A stretch of DNA of 64,000 nt from an uncultured Gemmatimonadaceae bacterium (GTDB lineage: Bacteria > Gemmatimonadota > Gemmatimonadetes > Gemmatimonadales > Gemmatimonadaceae). The notes under the pieces were generated by a model. It was not told the DNA's origin, did no database searches, and worked only from the letters and a program-made list of their open reading frames with translations. A program made the position numbers and the translations under genes. Shown here one piece after another: positions 9,814-20,399 of the stretch. The stretch spans positions 32,001 through 96,000 of the forward strand of contig CAWAGQ010000008.1 of assembly GCA_963781585.1 (NCBI GenBank), given 5' to 3'. The number at the start of each line of letters is the position of its first letter. Position 1 is the first letter of the stretch.

Positions 9814-12611
9814 TTCGCGCCGCCCAGTCGCCGCCGCACGTCGGCAAACCAGTTCAGCACGATGGCCGGTTCGGGCGCCCGCGCCTCCGGGCGGACGATC
9901 ACGAAGCCGCCGCCCGGGAGTACGTCATAGTTGGTGCCCGGCCGCGCCAGCAGCGAAGACGAGTCCGCAAGCACACCCGCGCGCGACGTCACCATCGCCG
10001 ATGTAGTGCCCGAGAGCTGGGCCACGTACAGCGAATCGCCGCTTCGATAGTAGAGCGTTCGCAGCCCCGAGCCCGCCGGGCCCCAGACGGGTTCCGATCC
10101 GCCGGCGGTGGAGACCTGTACCCGCGGGCCTTCGCCGTGCAGGGGCCGCACGTACACCTCCGAGCGCCCCGACTCGTTGGACCCGTAGGCCACGAACCGC
10201 TCGTCAGGCGACACCCGGCCGCCGAAGATCCGACCCGGTGTCGCGCCCGCCTGACGCGGCGTGCCCGCGCCGTTGGCATTCACCACTACCACGTGCGCCG
10301 AGTCGCTGCCGTTCGGCCGAACTGGCGGACCGCCTCCCGGCGCCGTCGTCTCCTGCGTCGAAGGGGTCACCAGTGCCACCGCGACCTCGCTCCCGCTGCT
10401 CCACCACGGGGACATCCCCGGCACCGGAAACGCGCGCGCGACGCCTACCGAAAGAGGATCGGGAGGTTGGCCGCCGTCGGCGGGCATGATGTAGAGCGCC
10501 GAGCGTCCCTCGCGCTGCGAGGTGAACGCGATCCGCCGGCTGTCCGGCGACCAGGCCGGCGGTCCCTCGTCGCCCTCGCGCGTGAGTTGCGTGAGGGTGT
10601 GCGACGTTCGGTCGACGATCCAGATGTGCGCATCCCGGCGGTTGCGCGGATCTGGAATGAGGACGGCGATTCTGCGGCCGTCGGGCGAGACGCGCGGTGA
10701 AAAGAAGGTTGCGCGGTCGGATACCAGAGGCCGCGCGGTCCCGTCCCGGTCCACCTCCACCAGCACGCTCTCGTCGCTGCGCTCGCCCGGGAGGTACGCG
10801 AGCGTCCCGTTGTTCGACCACGCCAGGTGTGGCGACCCATCGATCGTGAGTCCGATCTTGTCGAGCAGCGGCGCCGCCGGTCCGGTGACCGACAGGGAGC
10901 TCAGACTGAAGGGTGCGCCGAAAACCGCGCCGTCGGCGCGCACGTACATCAGATGGCCGGTGGGCAGATACCAGGCCGCGACCGCGTCGACCCCGAGGTC
11001 CTTCGGCGGTGCCCCCTTCCCGCCGATCACGAACAGGCGGCACTGTTCGGTGCCCTGTCCGGTACATCGCCGGAACAGCACGCCGCTGCCGTCAGGCAGG
11101 GGCGTGGCCAGCGAGGGTCCGCGCGCGGGGCCGGCCGAGTCGCGGGTGGCCAGCGTGTCGGGTGGGCCGCCCGACGCCGGCACTCGTCGCAGTTGCTGGC
11201 CGCTGGCGTAGATGATGTAGCCGTCATCGCTCCAGGCGGCGCCGGGCTGGGCGCCGCTCACCACCTCGATCGGCGCTCCGCCCGAGAGGGGGACGCGCAT
11301 GATGCGCCCGCCGCCGAATCCGCGCCCTCCCACGTGGAAGCCGATCCAGTTCCCGTCCGGCGAGAAGAACGGCGACGACCCGCTATCAGTTCCGGCGATC
11401 GGCGTCGGCAGGGTATCGTCGAGCGCCCGCACGTAGAGCTGGGTGAGGCCGCGGGTGGTGCGCGACGGGCCGACATACACCAGCCGCATCCCGTCCGGCG
11501 ACAGCGCGAGCACGCTGGTCCGCGCACGTTCGAGCCGGAGCTCGGCGTCCGGCGGCGGGACGAACGACAGCCGGATGACCTCGCCGGCGTTGGCAGCGGG
11601 GCGGAGCCAACCCCAGACGGCGGCCGCCGACACCAGGAGCAGCGCCGAGCCTAACGAGGCGATCCAGACGCGCGCCCCGCGGACCGGGACACCGGGGCCC
11701 CGGTAGCCGGGGCGATACGCGGTCGTCTGCGGCGAGTCGAGCGCGGCCGCGAACTCCGCCGCGGTGGCCCACCGGTCGGCCGGCAGCTTCTCCAGCGCCT
11801 TGAGGACGGCGAACTCCACCGGCGGGGGGATCGTGCGCCGCTGCACCGACAGCGAGCGCGGTTCCTCCGACATCAAGCGGGTCACGATCGCCTGCATCGT
11901 GGGTCCGGTGAACGGCGGCTCACCCACCAGCATCTCGTAGGTCACGGCGCCGAGCGCGTAGATGTCGGCCCGCGCATCGATCACCCGCTCGCCGGTGGCC
12001 TGCTCGGGGGCCATGTACTGTGGCGTGCCCAGCGACATCCCGGTCCGCGTGAGGCGGTTGCTGGCCGCCGACCGCACCGCGAGCGCGATCCCGAAGTCGG
12101 CGACCAACGCCTGGCCTTCGTGGAGCAACACGTTCTCCGGCTTGATGTCGCGGTGGATGACACCCTGCCGGTGGGCGTACTCCAGCGCGCCGGCGATCTC
12201 CTTCGCGATCCGGATCGCGTCATCGAGCGGGAGCTGCTGTTCGCGGTTGAGCCGGTGGCGGAGCGATTCTCCGGCGATGTAGGGCATCACGTAGAACGGG
12301 GTCCCGCCGGCCGCCGGAGCCTGGCCTGACCTGGCCGCCTCGGCGCTCGCTTCCTGGCCCAGCAGCCCCGAGTCGAGCAGGGGCAGGATATTCGGGTGCT
12401 GCAGTCGGGCGGTGGTCCGGATCTCGGCCAGGAATCGCTCGGCGCCTAACGAGGCGGCCAGGTCGGCGTGGAGCACCTTGACGGCGACGTCGCGGTCGTG
12501 GCGCAGGTCGCGCGCCAGGTACACCGTGGCCATGCCCCCCGACCCGAGCTCGCGCTCGAGACGATATCGGCCCGCCAGGGGTTCGGAGCGTGGAAGAAGG
12601 GAATCGGGCAA
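9810..12611 (-). CDS. Ser/Thr protein kinase with TM segment and PD40/TolB propeller
   Basis: [24 protein letters not shown] and APE; C-terminal SPDG repeats. Confidence 0.93.
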   Translation of the reverse strand: MPDSLLPRSEPLAGRYRLERELGSGGMATVYLARDLRHDRDVAVKVLHADLAASLGAERFLAEIRTTARLQHPNILPLLDSGLLGQEASAEAARSGQAPAAGGTPFYVMPYIAGESLRHRLNREQQLPLDDAIRIAKEIAGALEYAHRQGVIHRDIKPENVLLHEGQALVADFGIALAVRSAASNRLTRTGMSLGTPQYMAPEQATGERVIDARADIYALGAVTYEMLVGEPPFTGPTMQAIVTRLMSEEPRSLSVQRRTIPPPVEFAVLKALEKLPADRWATAAEFAAALDSPQTTAYRPGYRGPGVPVRGARVWIASLGSALLLVSAAAVWGWLRPAANAGEVIRLSFVPPPDAELRLERARTSVLALSPDGMRLVYVGPSRTTRGLTQLYVRALDDTLPTPIAGTDSGSSPFFSPDGNWIGFHVGGRGFGGGRIMRVPLSGGAPIEVVSGAQPGAAWSDDGYIIYASGQQLRRVPASGGPPDTLATRDSAGPARGPSLATPLPDGSGVLFRRCTGQGTEQCRLFVIGGKGAPPKDLGVDAVAAWYLPTGHLMYVRADGAVFGAPFSLSSLSVTGPAAPLLDKIGLTIDGSPHLAWSNNGTLAYLPGERSDESVLVEVDRDGTARPLVSDRATFFSPRVSPDGRRIAVLIPDPRNRRDAHIWIVDRTSHTLTQLTREGDEGPPAWSPDSRRIAFTSQREGRSALYIMPADGGQPPDPLSVGVARAFPVPGMSPWWSSGSEVAVALVTPSTQETTAPGGGPPVRPNGSDSAHVVVVNANGAGTPRQAGATPGRIFGGRVSPDERFVAYGSNESGRSEVYVRPLHGEGPRVQVSTAGGSEPVWGPAGSGLRTLYYRSGDSLYVAQLSGTTSAMVTSRAGVLADSSSLLARPGTNYDVLPGGGFVIVRPEARAPEPAIVLNWFADVRRRLGGAK

Positions 12612-12803
12612 GGACGGCGGTCTTCAGTGATCAATCATCAGCTGTCAGCTCAGCTATCCGCGGGCATCGGTCAGCCGAGGCGCCCCGGCTTCCGGTCGCG
12701 CTCGGTGCCTAGAATACCGCCCGGCCGTGGCAGGGGCTACCGGGGATGGACCGAATCCGGCGGCGCTCACGGTCACCGTGCTGGTGGTCCTCGCGGCGGC
12801 AAG

Positions 12804-12848
12804 CGCTCACCCCGAGAGCCGGCCTATGGCCGGCCCCCGGGGTGAGCG
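12804..12848. terminator. Strong GC hairpin downstream of the beta-barrel gene
   Basis: CGCTCACCCCG/CGGGGTGAGCG outer stem plus GCCGGCC/GGCCGGC inner stem. No U-tract. Confidence 0.4.
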
Positions 12849-12906
12849 AGCTTCAGCGGTCGCGTGTTGTACGCGGCTCTCTAAGAACCGCGGCCCGCTC
12901 GGCGAG

Positions 12907-13389
12907 CTAGGACCCGCCGAGGGTGAAGTTCAGACCGCCGGTAATCTGGAACGAGGTGTTGTTGTTCAGCAGCGCTCGTCCTTCAATGAATGGATGTACC
13001 CACGGCGAGCGCGACTCGATGCCGAGCAGGAAGTCCGCGCCGGTGTCATTGCGACTGACGTCGGCCACGCTGCGGTGCAGCACGCCCAGCCCGCCGCCCA
13101 CGTAGAGACTCGGGCCGGTCGGCTCGGGAAAGCGGACCTTCATGTCGAAGTTGAAGGCGGTACGTGCGCCGCGATCGGGGAAATAGACGTCGATCGAAGG
13201 ATAGAATTCCAGACGTGGCACGAGCGGCAGAGTGGCCTGGAACGCCAACAGCGCGTCCCGGGACCCGGTGTTGTATCCCGCACCCACGCCGATGCGGGCA
13301 CGCTGAGCCGCTGCCGGCACGGTGGAAACTCCGAGCATAACGAGTGCGGCCGCCAACACGCCGGTGGGAATGGATGAGTTGCGACGCAA
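12907..13389 (-). CDS. Small outer-membrane beta-barrel protein
   Basis: Signal peptide, LYVGGGLG, alternating strands and C-terminal GGLNFTL. Confidence 0.75.
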   Translation of the reverse strand: MRRNSSIPTGVLAAALVMLGVSTVPAAAQRARIGVGAGYNTGSRDALLAFQATLPLVPRLEFYPSIDVYFPDRGARTAFNFDMKVRFPEPTGPSLYVGGGLGVLHRSVADVSRNDTGADFLLGIESRSPWVHPFIEGRALLNNNTSFQITGGLNFTLGGS

Positions 13390-13515
13390 GTGGCCTCCGG
13401 GTTAACGGGGACTCGGGCGGTGTGCCCGTTGTCTGCGCGCTACCCGGCCCGGCGGCGGCGGTTCGGTTCAGGCCGCATCGGGCTGGCCGCCTCTGGCGGA
13501 GGTGCGATAGCCGGC

Positions 13516-13752
13516 TCAGCGCTTGACGGCGAGTCCTCGGGTTCGCGTTGCGTTGTTCACGAGGCTCCAGCGAAGCCAGGCGCTCACGAGCGGCTCCGGG
13601 CCCTCCAGCATCACGTAGCCCGTGCGGCATCGCTTCTTTTCGGCCGTTTCCTGTTTGAAGAATTCGGCGTGCAGCTGCGACTCGGCCCTGATGAGCTGCT
13701 CATTGGCGAGCGTGTCGATCCAGCGTGCGTTGACGCGATCGGGTATCTTCAC
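13516..13752 (-). CDS. Hypothetical 78-aa protein downstream of infA
   Basis: GAGGAGGAG RBS before GTG 13752, 10 bp after the infA stop. Confidence 0.65.
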   Translation of the reverse strand: MKIPDRVNARWIDTLANEQLIRAESQLHAEFFKQETAEKKRCRTGYVMLEGPEPLVSAWLRWSLVNNATRTRGLAVKR

Positions 13753-13762
13753 GAACTCCTCC

Positions 13763-13981
13763 TCACACCTTGTGGCGAAACGTGATCCGGCCGCGTCCAA
13801 GATCGTAGGGCGACACGGCGACGGTGACACGGTCACCGGCGAGGATGCGAATGCGGAACTTGCGCATCTTTCCCGCGGCCGTGGCGAGCAACTTGTGCCC
13901 GTTGGCGAGATCCACCCGGAACAGCGCGCTCGGCAGGACCTCGGACACGACGCCGTCGAGTTCGATCGCGTCTTCTTTCAC
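13763..13981 (-). CDS. infA: Translation initiation factor IF-1
   Basis: [16 protein letters not shown]...[41 protein letters not shown]. Confidence 0.95.
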   Translation of the reverse strand: MKEDAIELDGVVSEVLPSALFRVDLANGHKLLATAAGKMRKFRIRILAGDRVTVAVSPYDLGRGRITFRHKV

Positions 13982-14079
13982 GCAGCCCTCCAGGCGATTC
14001 AAGTGACAGACCACCGTGCCCTCCGCGTGGCCCGGTGCTGTGGTCATTCGTGGCGAACAGGCGAGTGTGCGGCGCGACC

Positions 14080-14117
14080 AATAAAAGAGGGGCCTGCTCG
14101 CAAGTCGGCAGGCCCCT
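14080..14117 (-). terminator. Intrinsic terminator-like hairpin upstream of infA
   Basis: AGGGGCCTGC/GCAGGCCCCT 10-bp stem followed by CTTTTATT on the minus strand. Confidence 0.65.
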
Positions 14118-14264
14118 GAGATTTCGGAACTTGTCTACGCGGAGGACGCGTCAAGTCGCTATGAGGAACCTAGCGGGAACCATCGCGCCACGCAACGTGC
14201 GCGCCGCGGTCCGTTCGGGGCGCTCGCGGGTTTACATCGCCAACGCACGGGTGATCTCGTTTCG

Positions 14265-15947
14265 CTACTTCGTCGCTCTCAGCGCGCGCCCCTTCCCCTC
14301 CCCGCGCCGCTCCCCATCCCGCAGCGACACCGCACCGTTCACGACCACCGCCGCGATCCCCACCGGATACTGGAACGGCTCCTCGTACGTCGCGCGATCC
14401 TCCACCTGCGCGGGATCGAATACCACCACATCCGCCGCGAGCCCGGGCGCCAGTCGCCCCCGATCGCGAAGGTGCACACGCGACGCGGAAAACGCCGTCA
14501 TCTTATGAATCGCCTGTTTAAGCGTCAGCGCTTTCCGTTCGCGCACATAGCGGCCGAGCACGCGCGGGAAGGTGCCGAGCCCGCGCGGATGCGGGCTGCC
14601 GCGGCGCGTGGGGCCGTCCACTGCGAACGCCCCGCCGTCGCTGCACACCATCCCCTGCGGATGCGCCAGCACGCGATCGAGATTCTCCTCGCTCATGGCG
14701 AATCCCACCATCCCGATGTTGGCGCGATTACGCGCCAGCATCTCGACGGTGAGGCGGTACGGATCGGCGCCCAACGACTTCGCGTACGCGCCCAGCCGCT
14801 TCCCTTCCGCGGCCCGGTCCTCGGCGGCGCGCACACTGGTGATCATGACGTTGTCCCACCCGCCGATCAGCTCGACCTTGGCGAGCGTCTCGGTCTGGAT
14901 GCGCGGCGCAGTGGCCGCAGCGGTGAGTCGGGCGAGGAAGGCGTCGGTCCCGCCGTCGCGGCTCCAGATCGGGAAGAGATTCGTAAGCCCGGTCTGATAG
15001 GCGACGTACGGGTAGCGATCGAACGCCACGTCGATGCCGGCTTGCCGCGCCGCCGCGACGCGGGCGAAGATCGCGTCCAGCTTTCCCCAGTTGCGCGGTC
15101 CCTCGGCCTTGAGGTGCGAGATCTGGAGCGGGCAGCGCGCTCCGCGCGCCACCGCGATCGACTCATCCACCGACTCCAGTACCCGGTCGTCCTCGTTGCG
15201 CATGTGTGTGGCGTACGGCAGCCCGCGCGCGGCCAGCGGCCGGCAGAGAGCAATCAGCTCGTCGAGCGACGCGAACCCGCCCGGCGTGTACTCGAGCCCC
15301 GACGACACCCCGCATGCGCCCTGAGCCAGTCCTTCCTCCACCATCGCCGTCATCCGGGCGATCTCTCCGGGCGTTGCCGGCCGATCGGCATTGCCGATCA
15401 CGATCCCGCGCAGCGTCCCCGCGCCGATCATCGACGCCACGTTCACCGACGGGTGGAGGGTAGCGATCGATGTGAAGAGCATGTCGAACGAAGCCGGGGC
15501 TCCCGCCCCGCCGCCCTGCGCCGCGCGCCCTCCGCCGCTCTCCATCCCGGACGCGGACGCCGAAGGCGCCCGCGAGGAGCCGTCCTGACCCACCACGATC
15601 GTGGTCACCCCCTGCCTGACGAGCGACTCAACGCGCGGATCCTCCCACATCGAGCCGTCGCCGTGCGAGTGGATGTCGATGAATCCGGGGGCCACCGCCA
15701 GTCCCCGGGCATCGATTTCGTCGGTGCCCGTTTCGGCGACGCGCCGGGCCACGGCCGCGATGCGGTCGCCGGCAATCGCGACATCACTCTCCACGCCGGC
15801 CGCGCCGCTGCCGTCGAACACCGTGCCGTTGCGGATGACGAGGTCGTACGCCGCCCGCCGCCGCGGGAACGGGATCCGCGGCGCCACGCCTAACGCGGCG
15901 AGCGCGACGGTGCCGGAGCCGAGGAACGTGCGACGCGAGACGGTCAC
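14265..15947 (-). CDS. Tat-exported N-acyl-D-amino-acid deacylase (D-aminoacylase)
   Basis: SRRTFL Tat motif, PGFIDIHSH, THMRNE and HPRGLGTFPRVLG. Confidence 0.9.
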   Translation of the reverse strand: MTVSRRTFLGSGTVALAALGVAPRIPFPRRRAAYDLVIRNGTVFDGSGAAGVESDVAIAGDRIAAVARRVAETGTDEIDARGLAVAPGFIDIHSHGDGSMWEDPRVESLVRQGVTTIVVGQDGSSRAPSASASGMESGGGRAAQGGGAGAPASFDMLFTSIATLHPSVNVASMIGAGTLRGIVIGNADRPATPGEIARMTAMVEEGLAQGACGVSSGLEYTPGGFASLDELIALCRPLAARGLPYATHMRNEDDRVLESVDESIAVARGARCPLQISHLKAEGPRNWGKLDAIFARVAAARQAGIDVAFDRYPYVAYQTGLTNLFPIWSRDGGTDAFLARLTAAATAPRIQTETLAKVELIGGWDNVMITSVRAAEDRAAEGKRLGAYAKSLGADPYRLTVEMLARNRANIGMVGFAMSEENLDRVLAHPQGMVCSDGGAFAVDGPTRRGSPHPRGLGTFPRVLGRYVRERKALTLKQAIHKMTAFSASRVHLRDRGRLAPGLAADVVVFDPAQVEDRATYEEPFQYPVGIAAVVVNGAVSLRDGERRGEGKGRALRATK

Positions 15948-16069
15948 GGGTTCTCCCTGTTGCACGGGACGAAGACCACGAACTGTTCGGGTCAGCGAAC
16001 GAGGGGGCGCGATACCCGATCGATCGCCGTCAGGCGGCGTCCGATTCGTCCGGACACCCGTCGTGAAAG

Positions 16070-16483
16070 CTAATGATCCCGTGGGAGCAGCTTCGGGCGG
16101 CCCTTGAGCCGGAGGCTGCCGAAGTCCCGCACGTCGAGCGTGGCGATCGCCGTTGCCTTGAGCCGCTCGGCGGTCGCGGCGACCACTGCGTCGACGAGTC
16201 CCAGCTGGAGCGCGCCGTATTGCTCGCACAACGCGTGCGCGCGCGCCAGATCGTCCGCCTCGCCCCACTCGACGCTGTACCCGCCGTCGGCCAGATCGCC
16301 CAGGAAGGCCCGCTCGGCTGGCGCCCCAACGTGATGGAGCAGTAGATAGTCCACCTCGGGCAGGATCGCCCAGGGGAGGACCCATGCCGCCGGATCGTCA
16401 TCGAAGAGCGCGACCATCTGCTCGTGGTGGGCGTCGTCCGCATCCACGAGGGCGATGATCGCGCCCGTATCGGCGACGATCAC
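16070..16483 (-). CDS. vapC: VapC PIN-domain toxin
   Basis: IVADTGA, E and LVDA...IATLDVRDF; overlaps the antitoxin by 4 bp. Confidence 0.88.
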   Translation of the reverse strand: MIVADTGAIIALVDADDAHHEQMVALFDDDPAAWVLPWAILPEVDYLLLHHVGAPAERAFLGDLADGGYSVEWGEADDLARAHALCEQYGALQLGLVDAVVAATAERLKATAIATLDVRDFGSLRLKGRPKLLPRDH

Positions 16484-16728
16484 CCGGCGCTTCCCTTCCC
16501 CATGCCCGCGAGCAGCTCCTCCGAGCGTTCGGAAAGGTCCGAGCGGCCGCTCCGGCCCGCGCCCAGGCTGGCAGGTCGCGCGGGAACCGAGTGCCGGCGT
16601 GCGTATTCGGCCACCGCCTCGCGAACGAGCGCGGCGGTAGTCCGTCCCTGTGCACGGGCGAGCGCCTTGAGCGTGCGGTAGTCCACGGGGTTCAAATAGA
16701 TGGTGGTCTTGGTCTTGTCGTCTGACAT
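16480..16728 (-). CDS. vapB: RHH/CopG antitoxin
   Basis: KTTIYL...LKALARAQGRTTAALVREAV; C-terminal SGRSDLSERSEELL. Confidence 0.85.
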   Translation of the reverse strand: MSDDKTKTTIYLNPVDYRTLKALARAQGRTTAALVREAVAEYARRHSVPARPASLGAGRSGRSDLSERSEELLAGMGKGSAG

Positions 16729-16763
16729 GTGGTAACCATATCTGGTTGCCATATGTGGGTCAA
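16726..16763 (-). promoter_or_regulatory. TA promoter with overlapping operator inverted repeat
   Basis: TTGACC-N17-TATGGT; imperfect IR CATGTGGTAACCA/TGGTTGCCATATG. Confidence 0.6.
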
Positions 16764-16810
16764 GGGGCGGTACTGGCCGACTGCTACCCCTCATGGATGC
16801 AATGACGGCG

Positions 16811-18157
16811 TCAGCGGCGCGTCACCAGCACCACTACCCGGTCCGGCTCGCCCGCCCCACCCGCCGGCAGCGTGAGCGTCACGCCCGCGTCGGTCTCCGA
16901 CACGCCGACCGGCGCGCCGCCCGCGAGCATGCTCGCCCGCGCGACCCGCGCGCCTAACGCGGGGAGGGCCAGCACCCGGTCCGGCCAGTCGAGCACGTGG
17001 ACGAACACCGTGTCGCCGCGCTGGGTGGTGGCACCCCATTCACGGGGCGGCACCGGCCCCTTGCGCGTGCCGTAGATCGAGCGCCCGTACGTGCCAAGCC
17101 ACTTGCCGATCTCGCGGAGCCGCTCGGCGGCCTCGGGCTGCACCGTCCCATCGGGACGCGGCCCGATGTTGAGCAGCAGGTTGGCGTCGTTCCCCGCCGC
17201 GCGCACCAGATAGCCGATCAGCTCGCGCACCGATTTGAAGCGGCGGTCGGTGATGTTGAATCCCCACGAGTTGTTCATCGTGAGCGACGTCTCGAGCGGG
17301 AGCGCACCGATCTCGCGCGTGTTGAAGCCTGCGGTGTTCGCGCCCGGGAGATCCTGCTCGAACGTCTGCACGTCCTCGCCCGGAAGCGGCGCCTGATGGT
17401 GATTGGGGACGATGAGGGCGGCGGGCTGGAGCCGGTGGATCAGCGCGTACGTCTGCTGGAGCCTCCAGTCGGCGTCGGGCTTGTCCCACATCCCGTCGAA
17501 CCAGATGCCGCCGATGGGCCCATAGTGCGTGAGCAGCTCGGTGAGCTGCGCGTCGAGGAAATCGAGATAGCGATTCCAGTCGCCGCTTTCGGGACGGCCG
17601 GTGTTGTGTCCCGTGCGGCCGCGCGGCCAGTAGTCGGGGTTGTGCCAGTCGAGCTGTGAGTAATAGAAGAAGAGCTTGATCCCCTGCCGCTGGCACTCGT
17701 CGGCCAGCTCCTTCAATGGATCGCGATGAAAGGGCGTCCAGTCGACGATGTTGTACCGCGTCGCCGCGCTCCCGAACATGGAGAAGCCGTCGTGGTGCCG
17801 CGACGTGATGGTGATGTAGCGGACGCCGGCCGCTTTGGCGAGCGCGACCCATTCCTTCGCGTCGAACTTCACCGGATTGAACGTCGACGCGAGCCACTCG
17901 TATGTCGGCACCGCGATCTGCCGGTTCTCCATGACCCACTCGCCCTGGCCGAGCAGGCTGTAGACGCCCCAGTGGATGAACATCCCGAACTTCGCGGCGC
18001 GGTACCACTCTCGCGCGGCCAGGCGCTCGGCGGGGACGCTGTCGGTCGCCTGGGCGCGGGGCTGAACCGCGTCAGGCAGCGCGGTGAGCAGCACCCCGGC
18101 GACAATCAGCCGGCGCATGCGAACGGCGCTAGTGGCCGGTGCGGTGGGTCTCGTCAT
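16811..18157 (-). CDS. Alpha-L-fucosidase (GH29); alternative start at 18118
   Basis: KFGMFIHWG, HHDGF, IWFDG and LLLNIGP. Confidence 0.92.
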   Translation of the reverse strand: MTRPTAPATSAVRMRRLIVAGVLLTALPDAVQPRAQATDSVPAERLAAREWYRAAKFGMFIHWGVYSLLGQGEWVMENRQIAVPTYEWLASTFNPVKFDAKEWVALAKAAGVRYITITSRHHDGFSMFGSAATRYNIVDWTPFHRDPLKELADECQRQGIKLFFYYSQLDWHNPDYWPRGRTGHNTGRPESGDWNRYLDFLDAQLTELLTHYGPIGGIWFDGMWDKPDADWRLQQTYALIHRLQPAALIVPNHHQAPLPGEDVQTFEQDLPGANTAGFNTREIGALPLETSLTMNNSWGFNITDRRFKSVRELIGYLVRAAGNDANLLLNIGPRPDGTVQPEAAERLREIGKWLGTYGRSIYGTRKGPVPPREWGATTQRGDTVFVHVLDWPDRVLALPALGARVARASMLAGGAPVGVSETDAGVTLTLPAGGAGEPDRVVVLVTRR

Positions 18158-20288
18158 CGAGCTTCGGACCTGACGTGGGGTACCGGGCCGCGAGCTTGCG
18201 CAGCCCCGCCGGTTTCCCGATCACGGTGAGCCGGTCGCCGTCCTCGAGCACGATATGTCCCCGTGGCACGATCGCATGTTCTCCCCGACCGATCATCGCC
18301 ACCAGTCCGCCGTTCGGAATGTCGATCGAGTTGACGGTCCGGCCCACCATGGATTCGGTCGCCGTGCCGACGCGCACGAAGAGGGTGAGGAAGCGCTCGT
18401 CACGGAGCAGCACCTCCTTGAGCTCGTGCTCATCGCGCGCGGCGAGCCAGGCATCGAGGAACGTCTCGTCCTCAACCCGGCTGGCGAGCTGCGCGAGAAT
18501 GCGCAGATGCCGACCGGGATTGCCCTCGCCGCTCACGAGGAAAAACACCGCGCGCACCGGGGTCGTGTCGGCCGGCCCGGTGAGCTCGCTCGCCGCGTCG
18601 CGCCGCCGCACGCCTTTGGCGCAACGCGCGATCACGAGGGCCGATCCGTCATGATCGGCCAGTCGGGTATGAAGCAGGGCGGCGCCGTGCGAGATCGCGG
18701 CCTCGCCCATCTCGAGCGCGCGACCCAGCCCCTCTTCCAGATCGCGCGCCGACACCTGCAGCTGGCCGGCCAGCCGGGCCGCGGCCTCGCGCACGACGTC
18801 CGACAGCACCACCGGCGCCGGGTAGTCGAACACGACGCTCGCTGCCACGATCTCGTCGAACGGATCCTGCGCGCGCAGCCCCTTCTCCTTCATCAGGTCG
18901 CGCAGCTCGCGATCGAGTCCCCCGAAGCGCCGCTTGCCGAGTCGCTCGAAGACGTGGAAGATCGCGCCGTCCCGCTCGATCCGATCGCGCGCGAAGTACG
19001 TGTACCAGGCCACCGACGCACCGGTCACCCCGGCGGTGAACAGCACCGGGAGCCATCCCAACTCGGCCACCAGCACCAGCGCGCCGAAGATCCCCACCAG
19101 CTGCAACCACGGATAGAAGGGCGCGCGAAAACCCGGGTCGTACGATTCGATCCGGCTCTCACGCATCACGATGACGGCCACGTTGAGCAGCGCGAACAGC
19201 ATGAGCTGGATGGCGCTGGCCAGTTTCGCCACGCCCTCCACCGGCAGCACGAGGAGGAACACCACCAGCAGGACGCACGTGAACAGCACGGCGGCCACCG
19301 GCGTTCCCCGGCGGCCGGTCTTGGCGAAGCGATCCGGGAACAACCGGTCGCGTGCCATCGCCAGCGGATAGCGCGACGCCGCCAGCACACCCGCGTTTGC
19401 CATCGAGGCGAACGCCACGATGCCCGCGCCGACCATGATCCAGCGCAGGATGTGGCCGGGAATCCAGGTGGTGAACGCGCCGGCGGCATCGGCCACCGGC
19501 GTCAGGCTCCCGCTCAGCCGATCGGCTCCGAGCACCGCCACCATCACGAACACGCCGCTCACGTAGATCGCGGTCACCGTCAGAAGACCCAGCCCCATGC
19601 CCAACGGAATGTTGCGATCCGGGTTCTTCACTTCTTCGGCCAGGCTCGCGACCTGCGTGAGACCGATGAACGACACGAAGACCAGGCCGACGGCCTCGAG
19701 CAGGCCATCCGATCCGTGGGAGAGGAAGGGGGTAAAGCGCGCGTGTCGCTCCGCCGAGGTCTCCGCCGAGAAGGCGTCGATCAGGCCGTGGACGAGGAAG
19801 AACGCCAGGATCACCAGCAGCACCACGACCAGGATCCGGATCAGCCCGCTCGACTCCTTGGCACCCAGCAGGTTGATGAGCGCGATGAACACGGTGAATC
19901 CCACCGCGGTGGCGACGTCAGGCACGTCCACGACCAGGCCGACGTACGCTCCCATGCCGATGAGCGCGAATGCGCTCTTCAGCACCATGGTGAGCCAGGT
20001 GCCGATGCCGCCAATGGTGCCGACCAGCGGTCCGAGCGTGCGGTCGAGGAAGTAGTACGCGCCGCCGGCTCGCGGCATGGCGGTTGCGAGTTCCGCCTGG
20101 CAGAGCATCGCCGGGACGATCAGTACTCCGGCGATGAGGTAGGCCACGACCACGCCAGGTCCCGCGTGCGACGCGGCGATCCCGGGCAGGAGGAAGAAGC
20201 CCGAGCTGATCATCGCGCCCACGCAGATCACGTAGACGTCGGAAAGACCGAGCGCCTTGTTCAAGCGCGTGAAGTCGAGCAGCCGCAT
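18129..20288 (-). CDS. APC permease fused to PTS-EIIA-like and TrkA-C (RCK_C) domains
   Basis: GAMISSGFFLLPG permease N-terminus, HLRILAQLA segment, C-terminal IVPRGHIVLEDGDRLTVIG. Confidence 0.85.
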   Translation of the reverse strand: MRLLDFTRLNKALGLSDVYVICVGAMISSGFFLLPGIAASHAGPGVVVAYLIAGVLIVPAMLCQAELATAMPRAGGAYYFLDRTLGPLVGTIGGIGTWLTMVLKSAFALIGMGAYVGLVVDVPDVATAVGFTVFIALINLLGAKESSGLIRILVVVLLVILAFFLVHGLIDAFSAETSAERHARFTPFLSHGSDGLLEAVGLVFVSFIGLTQVASLAEEVKNPDRNIPLGMGLGLLTVTAIYVSGVFVMVAVLGADRLSGSLTPVADAAGAFTTWIPGHILRWIMVGAGIVAFASMANAGVLAASRYPLAMARDRLFPDRFAKTGRRGTPVAAVLFTCVLLVVFLLVLPVEGVAKLASAIQLMLFALLNVAVIVMRESRIESYDPGFRAPFYPWLQLVGIFGALVLVAELGWLPVLFTAGVTGASVAWYTYFARDRIERDGAIFHVFERLGKRRFGGLDRELRDLMKEKGLRAQDPFDEIVAASVVFDYPAPVVLSDVVREAAARLAGQLQVSARDLEEGLGRALEMGEAAISHGAALLHTRLADHDGSALVIARCAKGVRRRDAASELTGPADTTPVRAVFFLVSGEGNPGRHLRILAQLASRVEDETFLDAWLAARDEHELKEVLLRDERFLTLFVRVGTATESMVGRTVNSIDIPNGGLVAMIGRGEHAIVPRGHIVLEDGDRLTVIGKPAGLRKLAARYPTSGPKLDDETHRTGH

Positions 20289-20399
20289 CCGCTACACGCT
20301 AGCCCTCGGCGTGCAAGTCAGCTAGCCCGGCGGCGATTGCCGGGAAGCCGCTAGATTGTCCGGAGACGCATGGTTCCTTCGACTTCACCCGGCACTCGC

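Noticed and set aside
14265..16385. 706-aa version of the D-aminoacylase ORF
   Set aside because: The upstream extension overlaps vapC. The RBS and Tat motif support a start at 15947.
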